DNA of 64,000 bases from Octopus sinensis (taxonomy: Eukaryota): the NCBI RefSeq assembly GCF_006345805.1, contig NC_043000.1, forward strand, positions 109,802,001-109,866,000, in the 5' to 3' direction. The notes beneath the pieces are model-generated. The model ran no database searches. It was not told the DNA's origin and saw nothing but the letters and a program-made list of their open reading frames with translations. Below, one piece after another: positions 34,191 to 45,400 of the stretch. Each line of letters begins with the position of its first letter. Position 1 is the stretch's first letter. The position numbers and the translations under genes are program-made.

Positions 34191-34562
34191 GGGGCAGCAA
34201 AGACCCATATCAAATCTCTCAACTGGCACAGTGCCACACCCCCTCAATACTACTCCCCTGCATCTCAGTTGAGGGGTTTTTGTTTTGCAAGGTACTTGAT
34301 GACTCTGTCGTGCTGGTGTCACATAAAAAGCATTGGTGCTGGTGCCACGTAAAAAGCACCCAATACACTCTGTAAAATGATTGGCATTAGGAAGGACATC
34401 CACTTTAGAAACCATACCAGGCCCAAATATTTGACTTGTTTTATTTTAGAACTGACCAGATCTGGCCTCTCACACCTGCCCTGCAATGTCATTCTAAAAC
34501 AAACAATCACATCATCAGAATCTTGAAGCTACAAGATAATAAATGATAATTTGAAACGATGT

Positions 34563-34950
34563 GGCGTGGCTGTGTGGTAAGTAGCTTGTTTACCAACCAC
34601 ATGGTTCCGGATTCAGTCTCACTGCATGGCACCTTGAGCAAGTGTCTTCTACTATAGCCTCGGGCCGACCAAAGCCTTGTGAGTGGATTTGGTAGACGGA
34701 AACTGAAAGAAGCCCATCGTATATATGTATGCGTGTGTGTCTGTGTTTGTCCCCCTAGCATTGCTTGACAACCAATGCTGGTGTGTTTATGTCCCCGTTA
34801 CCTAGCGGTTCGACAAAAGAGACCGATAGAATATGTACTAGACTTACAAAAGAATAAGTCCCAGGGTCGAGTTGCTCGATTAAAGGCGGTGCTCCAGCAT
34901 GGCTGCAGTCAAATGACTGAAACAAGTAAAAGAGAGAAAGAGAAAGAGAG
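34563..34950 (+). mobile_element. SINE family A, young copy inserted in a MITE
   Basis: Full head to tail; ATGTG on both sides may be a TSD. Confidence 0.9.
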
Positions 34951-35047
34951 ATGTGAATAAATAAGTATTTGACAGAGTAATCTAAATGCTGAAGGGTTAA
35001 ACACGTCACATACATTGAAAAAGGAACAAAATATCAGAGTGATTTAC

Positions 35048-35168
35048 CTTCAATGATGTATTTACATGAAGTAAGATACAGAAATGGAAAGTTCCATTCC
35101 AAGGTGCAGGCTTGGGCAAAGTTTATCCCAGGAGACAAATAGTAGCCAATAGATGTGAATTCCTCTTC
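35048..35168 (-). CDS. Candidate exon of an unidentified minus-strand gene (EEEFTSIGYYLSPGINFAQACTLEWNFPFLYLTSCKYIIE-G)
   Basis: Branch-like ctgac/ctaat, tatag| acceptor, AAG|gtaaat donor; 40 open codons in only one frame; no family recognised. Confidence 0.4.
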
Positions 35169-35279
35169 CTATATTAGACGATGTCCAAGGAATTAGCAAG
35201 GTCAGTACAATGTGATGTTTGTTAAGTACCAAAAGCTTAAAACTTTAACATTCATACTACTTTCTCAGATGTAAGGCTT

Positions 35280-35495
35280 ACTCTCTTTTACTCTTTTACT
35301 TGTTTCAGTCATTTGACTGCGGCCATGCTGGAGCACCGCCTTTAGTCGAGCAACTCGACCCCGGGACTTATTCTTTGTAAGCCCAGTACTTATTCTATCG
35401 ATCTCTTTTGCCGAACCACTAAGTGACAGGGACATAAACACACCAGCATCGGTTGTCAAGCAATGCTAGGGGGACAAACACAGACACACGCACGC

Positions 35496-35526
<31 letters not shown>

Positions 35527-35691
35527 TACGACGGGCTTCTTTCAGTTTCCGTCTACCAAATCCACTCCCAAGGCTTTGGTCGGCCTGAGGCTATAGTAGA
35601 AGACACTTGCCCAAGGTGCCAAGCAGTGGGACTGAACCCGGAACCATGTGGTTGGTTAGCAAGCTACTTACCACACAGCCACTCCTGCGCC
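35280..35691 (-). mobile_element. SINE family A, young full-length copy
   Basis: GGCGCAGGAGTGGCTGTGTGG 5' end; roughly 90% similar by eye to 34563-34950. Confidence 0.9.
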
Positions 35692-37439
35692 TGTTTATTC
35701 ACTTTGAATTTTGGTGCCAGTTTAAATGCTAACAAGTTAAAGTATCTCTCCTAACAGTATTGCCAGTCCACTATCTGGGCTGGTGCTTTGATATTGACTC
35801 TGAAATGATAAAACAAAGTTGACTTAGGTGGAATTTGAACTCAGAGTACAGTGATTCAGAACAAATGCAGCAAGGCATTCCATCTGATAACTCTACCGAT
35901 TTATAGCTTTTCACAGGTCTTAATACAAGTCAGTTACTTATACAATTTATATCCAGACTGTTATTATTTTCCATCTATAATAATTGTCTCATTTTATAAA
36001 ACAGTTAATTTATATAGCTTGGGTTATGTTGAGGATTTCTAAAAAGAATGACAAGAAGCTATACATAATTGGCAAAGACTAAGAATTTAAAACCTTCATA
36101 ATAAGTAAACTAAAAATATGTATATCCTATGCATATTATTTATTCCCACCAAACATTGTGAAGAAATGTTTATCTCCCTTATACTAACTGTTCATCAGGG
36201 GACTCCATGTGTTTATAATGGTAATCTACAAAACTTACAGCTTACCATATAACTTATTATTTTCTTCAGTCCATAGAGAAACAGTTGAATTTGCCGTAAG
36301 TGTGTGTCTACTACGTGCTTTTATATATGACATCATACCTTGATATTGTGTCAAATGTGATCCCTGTCAATAGGCTGCTGATATCAAATAAAGCCTGAAA
36401 CACTTATCGTATGCAAATTAGTCCCTCCTATTCTCTGGGGCTACTGGATTTGTTGTGTATAGAAACAGCTTGGCTGAGTGTTTCTCTGGGATTCGTCAAG
36501 TGCTGTAAGATGTCACTGAGCAGATCTCACCAAGGGTCAAAAATTGATTAAAGCTGTTCATTTTTTTTTTCAATAAATGGAGAAATACTTAAATTTATCA
36601 TGTTTATGTATTTATTATGAAGTTTTATATTTAACGGTTATTTATAAAAGAATGCATTTACCTCAGAATATATTCCTATCTCTCACTATGTCGGTCCTTT
36701 AGTACTTTCTTACCAAATTGACTTTGTCTCAATCATTGTCCATAAATTACTTTAATCTTTAATCATGAAAAAAATGCAATACTCAACATTATTATGCACT
36801 TAGAATGAAACTTTCCATTTCAAAAAGAAAGCAAATATTTCTTCATGGTTTATTTTTTTCTCATGCAGGTAGTATTACTGAATAATTCAATTCCTAAACC
36901 ATTCTGTTATCCTATGTCAAAAGAAAAAAAGACACTACAGTTTTGTATTTTCATTCATTGGTTCCTTCGTAATCATTTTGACAAATACAGTTGTGGTTCT
37001 GCTTCTCAGGGTCGCAAGAAGACTGAACTATATCCAGAGTTATCTCCCATACCTAGTAAACTGAAAACGTTATTCATTGACCAATGTTATTATTTTTGTG
37101 TTCTTGTTGTTTTCTTTTCCTGGTGTAAGCGTAGTTGAGTGTTGAAGAAGTTCATTTCTCAACTAGTTTCAGGAAAATATCTTCTTCTATAACCACAGGC
37201 CAACCAATGAGCGACTTTAAGAGATGAAAACTGCACAGAAGCTCGTGCTGTCTACATATCTTCATTGTCATCATCTAATGTCTGCTGTCTTCTAGTGACC
37301 CATGAAACATCTTTTCTTTCATTTGGTGGACTTTACCAGAAAGAGTCGTGTCTTGGCCATGGACACCACAGTGACACCCTTGAATATATACAGAACCGTG
37401 ATGAACCCTTGGGTTGCTAACAGGGTGTCACTATTGTCA

Positions 37440-37850
37440 TTATTTTAATGTCCACCTTTCCATGCTGCATGGGTCAGATGGAATTCGTTGAGGCAGGTCT
37501 TATACTGCTGGGTGCCTTTCCTCTCACCAACCTCCACTCATTTTCAAGCAAGGTCATATTTCCCCATGGTCAGACATATTTTCACAGAATATTGGAAATG
37601 AATGTCACTGCTTATATAACACAGACAATCATTTACAACTACCATGCAATATCAAGAAAAGGACACACACATACACTTGCATACACATATACACACAAGA
37701 CACTTTCAGTTTCCATCAACCAAATTCACTTGTTAGGCATTGGTCAACCCAAAGCTATAGTAGAAGACACTTCCTCAAAGTGCCACACTGTGGGACTGAA
37801 CCCAAAACCACAGGGTTGCAAAGTAAGCAACGTAACCACTCAGCCAATTA
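37440..37850 (-). mobile_element. Family G SINE
   Basis: TTTAATGTCCACCTTTCCATGC tail through to an A-type head. Confidence 0.7.
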
Positions 37851-37977
37851 TATAAATATAATTTTAGTGCAAATTGAATAACAGAATAAGATGAAAATTC
37901 TGTAAGCATTTGTAAGAAGATGGAATTTTTTCACTTGGCAAACATCCAAACAATAGAAGCAGCATTTCAGTGCTTAC

Positions 37978-38117
37978 ATATTATTATTATTATTATTTTG
38001 GGCCATTTTGGCAATTTGGCAAGCTCTTCCCTTTTTTTGCAGTTTCAACATGAAATTAATTTTGCCACACTGCCAACAAATATGACTAAAATTATCTCCA
38101 GTTCCAGTTGCACAGAA
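37978..38117 (-). CDS. Candidate minus-strand exon (FCATGTGDNFSHICWQCGKINFMLKLQKKGRACQIAKMAQNNNNNN)
   Basis: aaacag| acceptor, |gtaagc donor; one frame open for 46 codons; could be chance. Confidence 0.25.
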
Positions 38118-38759
38118 CTGTTTAAAATATCAGTAAGCTACTGTTACTGGTGTTTCAATAGCTATTATTAATAGATTTCTAACTGAGACACAAGGCCACA
38201 AAAGGATGTGAATTAGATCAATCTTAATACTTGACTGGGACTTGCACACATCTAATGTATGCTTAAAAGGGGGGAAAAAATAACCGAAAGAAACCCTTGA
38301 CCTTGTCTTGGTATATTGTTGTTGTTTAACCTCAAGTTAATTTTAATTGAGATTGAGTCTCTGATAAAATCAATCCATCCCTGTTTTAAGGGTATCTAGG
38401 GGTCTTTCATGTAATATTTCCTTGCTTGTTTAAAACAGGAAACAATCTAGCATTCTTGGATCAAACTCTTCCATTGTCAGTCTTCATCTGGGTACCTTCT
38501 TCTGCTGTTGGCATGTGGTTATCAGATTACCCTCCACTGTTAACACTCAGCACATTTTCACCAAGCAGATGTCAACCATTTGCATAATGCATCTCAATGC
38601 AGCTGCCTCTCTTCTTACACACAAGGAAGCCCTCTGCAGGGTTGCTCAACCATGTAACAAATAACAACCAGATCTCACTCAGAATTCTCACTGCTCTTTA
38701 TATAATAGGTTGAGAAACAAGAGCTGGATGAAGTCCATAGGCAGGTAGCTTAGCCAGGA

Positions 38760-39180
38760 GATTCTTGTATGAGAGGGTTGCTTTGTTAAGTATAAGTGCA
38801 AGAGCACAATATGGATGACAAGACAAGGAGAGTGGAGGTGGCATAAGATCAGCTTACTTTGAGGATGAGAGATTACTGTACTGAGTGAGATCTAGCATTC
38901 AAGTGAGTTCTAGATGTATGTTGTTCTTGTTTAAGAGATAAGGATGATATTGTTTCCTTGGGACGTGCGTTGTGGTTGTGTTATTGGATAGATGAAGACA
39001 ATCAGCATGACTCCATTTTGAGAATGCTTTCCGTGCCTTTGTTCATGAAGTCTGTGCAGTTTTAGTGTGAGGTTTTCAGGTGGCATTTGAATGATGCTTT
39101 GGATGAGGAAGATTAAGGAAGACTAAAGGTTATGTTGGAGATAGGGTTGTTGCAAATGATGGCAAGCAGGTCTTTGAGAT
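38760..39180 (-). mobile_element. Highly degenerate CR1/L2-group LINE fragments
   Basis: KNLLAKLPAYGLHPAL (RT region) and SFKCHLKT (C-terminal-like). Confidence 0.45.
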
Positions 39181-39302
39181 ATCATCATCGTTTAACATCT
39201 AGGTTCCATAATGGTATGGGTCAGATAGTTAAACAGGATCTGATGAGTCCAAGGGATCCATGTTGTGCTGCAGTGTCTGCTTTGGCATGGTTTCTTGCAT
39301 GA

Positions 39303-39558
39303 CATCATTATCCTCATCATCACCATCGTTTAACGTTCGCTTTTCATGCTAGCATGGGTTGGACGAATGACTGAGGGCTGGCGAACCAGATGTCTGCACC
39401 TGGCTCCAATCTTGATCTGGCAGTTTCCACAGCTGGATGCCATTCGTAACGCCAACCACTCCAAGAGTGTAGTGGGTGCTTTTTACGTGCCACCGGCACA
39501 GAGGCCAGTCAGGCGGTTCTGGCAACAGCCACACTCGAATCTTTTTACACGTGCCAGT
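39303..39558 (-). mobile_element. Family B copy
   Basis: Inverted partner of 39940-40157. Confidence 0.85.
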
Positions 39559-39939
39559 GAACTCCATTTGCATTTGTATAAACTGAAAGAAAAAATCTGT
39601 GAAGAAAACTGACTGATATCCAGGATTAGAACGATCACTGCATACATGTAGAAGGAATAAAAGTAGAGAACTGGTTTATGAATATGTCATCTTGTCTGTG
39701 TTTCAGTGAAGACTATGGATAACTTAATGCAAATAAAGCCAGGTAAATTTTCTAGGTTTCCACTTCATCAGAGAAAGAGTGAGGGAAACCAGACCATGCC
39801 AAACCCTAGGATCATCAGAGTTGATAGTGTGAATTAGATTCCTTTATCAGTACATGCCATGGTGGTACAATCTGACTGGAGTCTTCATTCTCAAAGATGA
39901 GAGATTGATAGCACCAATAGTAATTGATTGGAGATTTCT

Positions 39940-40157
39940 ATGCCAGGTGCTTTTACGTGCCAACCACTCTGTGAGTGGTACGTAAAAGCACCCACTACAC
40001 TCTCGGAGTGGTTAATGTTAGGAAGGGCATCCAGCTGTAGAAACCCTGCCAGATCAAGATTGAAGCCTGATGCAGCCATCTGGTTCGCCAGCCCTCAGTC
40101 AAAATCGTCCAACCCATGCTAGCATGGAAAGCGGACGTTAAACGATGATGATGATGA
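39940..40157 (+). mobile_element. Family B copy
   Basis: Inverted partner of 39303-39558. Confidence 0.85.
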
Positions 40158-41359
40158 CAGTCAATTGTTTTGCTGATGTGGAAGTGCAGCACTGTTTTTA
40201 GCAAATTTCTCAAGAGTGAGGGTGCACTGGTGAGTGATAATAGGAGAGTAGACCCCCAAATAGATCTGGTTTATTTGGCTTAGAGAAACCATCCGTTATT
40301 ATTAAGGAAAGAGAGAGAGAGAGAGAGAGAGAGATGCAATGCTTTGGTGAAGGTGGTTATTAATGACTGTCCCTCTCACATTTGAGTTGTTGGAACTTAT
40401 AGAATGATAGCTTGATAGTCGGTAAAAGAGACGGATAGGATAATTAAAGGCAATGCCCCAGCATGGCCGCAGTCCAATGGCTTAAGTTTAAAAAGCTAAA
40501 TAACTGGAAACACAAACATAAACCAGAATAAAATACAAATATCATTAAATGTTCTAACGAAAGAAATAATAATGTTTCTCCCGTGTGAACTTAATACTTT
40601 TTTAAAGCATAAATGGATAACTATAAAAATATATACATTCAAGAATTCCTGTTGGAACCACCAAAATATTGGATCATTATTGTAGTTAAAAACATATTGT
40701 ATACTAAAACAGTTAAATATACAATTTTGAAGCTTTATTATTTGTTTCGAAAAATTTAATGACGTTTGTCGGTCTTGGTATTTTTCTAGTGGGTTTAAAG
40801 GCCATGACATGAAGAATCGGTGTTTCTTTTTAAATTGTCTATTTTTTAAATATAATTCTTCCCGGATTGATAAAATGAAATACTAGGCAAGTATTGATGT
40901 CAATTTAATATTCCTTATAAAGCATCCAAGATGTGAACGGAATTATCATAGAAGAGAAGTCAGTGTTTGGGTTACACTCAGCTTCTCGTGTGAAGAAGAC
41001 ATTGAGGACGAAAATAGAAAGAAAAAAGAAGCATGTCTGATTCCGTTGAACACAGAGATATATTTTTATAACAAGCCGATCGTAAATACAAAGATAATTT
41101 AGAGAAATGCCGATATTTTAGACATTTGACACAGACATGCAGTTCCTTCCAACCAAGTTTAATTTTATGGCAAAGAAACGATATGTTAATTTACAGAAAC
41201 CCTTACTTAGAGAGAGAGAGAGATAGACAGATAAATAGATAGATATAGAGAGAACGAAAGAGATAGATAGATAGTAGAAAAGGTTGCAAGGCCGGGAAAT
41301 AGACAGATAGATAGCGAGAGAGAGAAAGAGAAAGACATGATTAGAAAAGAGAAGAAATG

Positions 41360-41465
41360 ACAGGAACCAATCAGAGCCTCGCTTTCTAGCACTCTTTCGA
41401 CCAATCACAATGTCCGTAAACCACGTTTGTCGCTTCAAGGGAGACAATTCAGGACGGCCAATATT
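41360..41465. promoter_or_regulatory. CCAAT-box cluster (candidate NF-Y promoter)
   Basis: CCAAT at 41367, 41401 and 41458 in CpG-rich sequence next to a (GA/GATA)n tract. Confidence 0.5.
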
Positions 41466-42075
41466 TCGTGGAATTGAAATCCAGACATTTCTATGTGATT
41501 TGCTCGCCATAAACTGTAAAACTCTATAGAAAGTCCCTAGATTCATAGAATTGGTAGGTGATTTTGGACATTTTTGAAAATAATTTTTTTAAATAATTTC
41601 CATGTTCAAGATTTTGCGCAACGCATCGCTTTCTTTTGTTCTCTGACCTCCCCTCCCGACCACATAATGGAGTTGTCGCAATGTCGGGGATCGTTTGTTC
41701 TCGTCGAACAATTCATCATATTTTCTCCTCTTTTTCCACTATTATTTCCCTCTGCTTTTTCCTAATTAATCTACATTATGTAACCTTTTGTTGTAATTAA
41801 GAAACACGTAAATTTTCTTCATAGATAAATCGTGATGTGAGAAAAAAAAAAAAATGGAAACCCGAACCCTCAGCTCGCCCCTTCTTCCCTCCTATTTTCA
41901 TATTTAATTGATTTTGTTAAACCCCCCAAAACACTTTTAGTTCCCAAAATGCGTCATATTTGTCGAAATATATTTTTCTACAGTCGAAATAAGATGCTAA
42001 CACATTGAATACAATGGCACAGTTTAGATCTGAGCAATTAGATTTGTGGTTAATGTACATGATGCCCCCCCTCAC

Positions 42076-42125
42076 CATCTCTGTAAACCTATTTCCGCCG
42101 GTTGCTTTATTGTCTTGGACCATAT
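42076..42125 (-). CDS. Candidate minus-strand exon ([16 protein letters not shown])
   Basis: ATG 42123-42121, strong donor ATG|gtgagg; acceptor cacag follows a TA microsatellite. Confidence 0.25.
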
Positions 42126-42127
42126 CT

Positions 42128-42445
42128 GTGTGTATACACATGTATATATATGTATATACATATATATATATATATATATATACATACATACATAGATATA
42201 TATAGATATAGATATAGATATATATATATATATAGATATATATAGATATATATAGATATATATAGATATATAGATATAGATATATATATATAGATATAGA
42301 TATATATAGATATAGATATATATATATAGATATATATAGATATATATATATATACATATACATACATAGATATATATATAATATACATACATAGATATAT
42401 ATATAATATACATACATAGATATATATATATACATATATATATGG
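42128..42445. repeat. Compound (TA)n/(TAGATA)n microsatellite, about 320 bp
   Basis: Direct inspection. Confidence 0.95.
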
Positions 42446-45400
42446 ACGAGTGTATATATTACAAGACTTGGCAGTCTGTTTGTCATAATAGTCGATTGTT
42501 AATTATCAAATTAAAACAAATAATACCCGATTGAAATTGACATTATTTTTAGTTGCTCCCCCCCCCGTCATTTTTTGTAGTTTTCTTTCCAATTTAATTG
42601 TTTTTTTTTCTTCACCATCCTCCACCACTTTTCTGTGTCATTTGTAATGTATATGAAACATCCTACAATTATTCTAACAGCCAACTATTTTTTTTTTACT
42701 AGAAGACATCAGAATGATTTGTGTGCGTCAATGCCGGCCGCCGTCGTCGTCATAACCATGGTTTGCCGTCATGTTCTCTGTTAGAAGACATGGTAGCAAC
42801 GAGACACGGCATTACAGCATTTCTAACCACACAAATATCATACGCACTTCACATTTATATACTTTAATATCGATCATTATCAGGAATATACATTTATAAT
42901 TAGCATTTAGCCGGTTTAATTAAACGTCTGCCACCATTTCACTTGACTTTCATCGTGTATCTTCCACAAATCTACCCTTCATATTTTTACAATTTCGTTC
43001 ACAATCTAGGCCTTGCCTGCCATTTTAGTGACACTTCTTTATTTTTAAACCCGTATAATTCTGTTGATACTATTTTGCCATCTCTTTTCTGTTAAAAAAA
43101 ATATCAGTGTGGCCTTTTTTTTTATAACTGCATATTTATTCATTTTAGAAAATAATAAGTTTCCATTTTTACCTTAGCAATGAATTATCTGATAATCTTT
43201 AGATAGGAAAAATGTGGGGAAGTTAATTATATTAAAAATATTTTTAGTGTCTAAATTTTAAGAGATATAACACCTTTTCTTCTAACGATAATAATAATGG
43301 ATGTAAAAACGTATAAGCAATTAAAATATAATCCTTTAATGAAAGGACCTGTGTGAGTGAGTGTATGTTAGGTATCCATCAAGATGCTGGAGAATGATAT
43401 ATTTAAACCCCTCCAAAGACTTCATCTCCAATTGCCCACCTTTTAGTCTTTCTGACCATTAAAACCCAATTCCATGTTATGTAACACAATAGCAGTGTTT
43501 ATTTAAATATGCTTCTTCGGTGTAAAAGAGGTGATTTCTGTTTGATTAGATGGACTTCCTTCCTCATTTCGCATTTCCTTCACACTTGATTACCGCCACC
43601 AAAAAGTCAGCTTCTTCCTCTTCTCTCTCTCTCTTTTTTTTTTTTTTTTGCATGACCGCGTATTTCCTCCACCTTTTTTTACATATATAATCGTCATTTT
43701 GGAATTATATATATAAAATCGGGGGAAAAGTTAGTGGATGAGTGAAGGGCCGAAAGTTTCGTGTATTAGCAATGTATAGTTTCCAACAACCACACACATA
43801 TATATAGGTTGAAAATTCGGGGTGCTTTGGAGAGGAAGGAAATTCTATCGTTACGGATAACGAAAAGAGATGTCTGTGTATCAATTTAATACAGAACTGA
43901 AAGAGCTAACAGTTTCATACTGTTATGGTACACTAACTTGGCTTATTTATAAAACAAGCCATGCACCTCTGAGGCTTTGTTTATGCGTTATATACGTATC
44001 GCGAGGAAGGAAAAGAGGGAAATGTGGCCAAATGTATTTCAGTCTAATTCGATTCAGTTTTTAAGAAATTAATGCTGACGATTGTGGAATATGAAAGCGA
44101 CGGGTTTGTTTGATGTATAGGAAATAGACATTTCGTAGACATGTCCCCTTGTTCTTCAATCTCTTCTTCTAATGATTTAAAAGACCGGCGCGATTGAGAA
44201 TATGGCGAAAGGATGAAGGCTGCGTTAGCAATGAAACATTTCGCGATACGTGCTGTGTGTATATATCTATCTAGGCGTGTACTCATGTCTGTTTCACGTG
44301 CTTGTATGTATGTCATATATATATATATATACGCCTGGGTGTATATATGCATGTAACATAGAAAACAGTTTTGTTTTGGTGCTGCTTGGTTCTTGATTTA
44401 CCCTATTTTTTCTCTTTCGTGTTATCCGATAGTGTTGGCATTATGAAATATTGGAAGAACTATCGGTTCCTTATTTCGTTTTGTTTTTTCGGTGTTTTTG
44501 ATAAGGTAATTTGGGCGAAAGTGTGCCACTGTTCGTAATGTGTCTTGTATTTGAGTGAAGAACTCGCTGCGTCATAGAACATTATGTAGAGATAATGAAT
44601 TTCGTGTTATTTATTTGCTGGTACTTTCGAGAAAGGTTCACCGAAATCAATATACATCCCCATTGTATATCGGTTTGTTTTCTCAGCGACATTTATCTGA
44701 TGTACGATTGTTGCTTTAGGAGCAAAAAATTTACGAGTAAATTGCAACTCAATATAAACATCGTTGTATTCTAATTTAGTTTAAACGACTCCTAAGCATG
44801 TCGGTACCGATCGAATGAGAACCGGTGAATCCGATTGACAAATGGATTTGATCTAATCGTTTAATCCCGGTCTTTAAAAGCTTCAGGGTAACCGATTTTT
44901 CTTTCTTTTCACGTCCTTGAAGCAAGTTATGGACGTCGTCACACGCGATCATTGTTACTCTTCTGCTCTATAAATTTAATCCTTCTTCATGTTGGAATTA
45001 ATCATTGCAGCTGATAAATCTAGCAAAAGAAAATATTTCCCAGAGCTAACCGTAAAACAGGTCTGATATATCTATCAAAAAATTTGCTTTTGCTATTTTG
45101 GCGCGTAGCCATCAAGTTGTTAGCAATATTTCTTGTAAAACAAGAACGTTTTCTCTCCTCAGTTTCAATTCTCACACTAGATGCCAACCCTTTTTCTTTT
45201 GTTTTTATCTAAACTCATCTTGTTTCATTGATTTTTATTTCATTTCCATTGTGATTGCTTTTTGTTTCCCCCTCTTCCAACTTTACTGTCAACCTCTTCT
45301 TTAAGGAATCCGTGCCCTTCACAGTCAGTCTCTCTTATCAATGAGATAAGGGACTATTTGTTTACAATTCGTGTGATCTGTTCCAAGCAATTATTTGATC

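Noticed and set aside
33891-34415. 174-aa minus-strand ORF
   Set aside because: Antisense of the RTE fragment and family B
36960-37061. Minus-strand segment VWEITLDIVQSSCDPEKQNHNC...
   Set aside because: Could not be joined in phase to neighbouring candidate exons; the frame ends in a stop without a convincing donor
39707-39742. Plus-strand exon-like 36-mer with good splice sites (similarly 36270-36295)
   Set aside because: No plus-strand gene to attach it to; illustrates the chance rate of such signals in AT-rich DNA
41917-42486. 189-aa ORF and overlapping YI/IY-rich ORFs
   Set aside because: Translation of the TA/TAGA microsatellite; only the short MVQDNK... part is kept as a weak exon candidate
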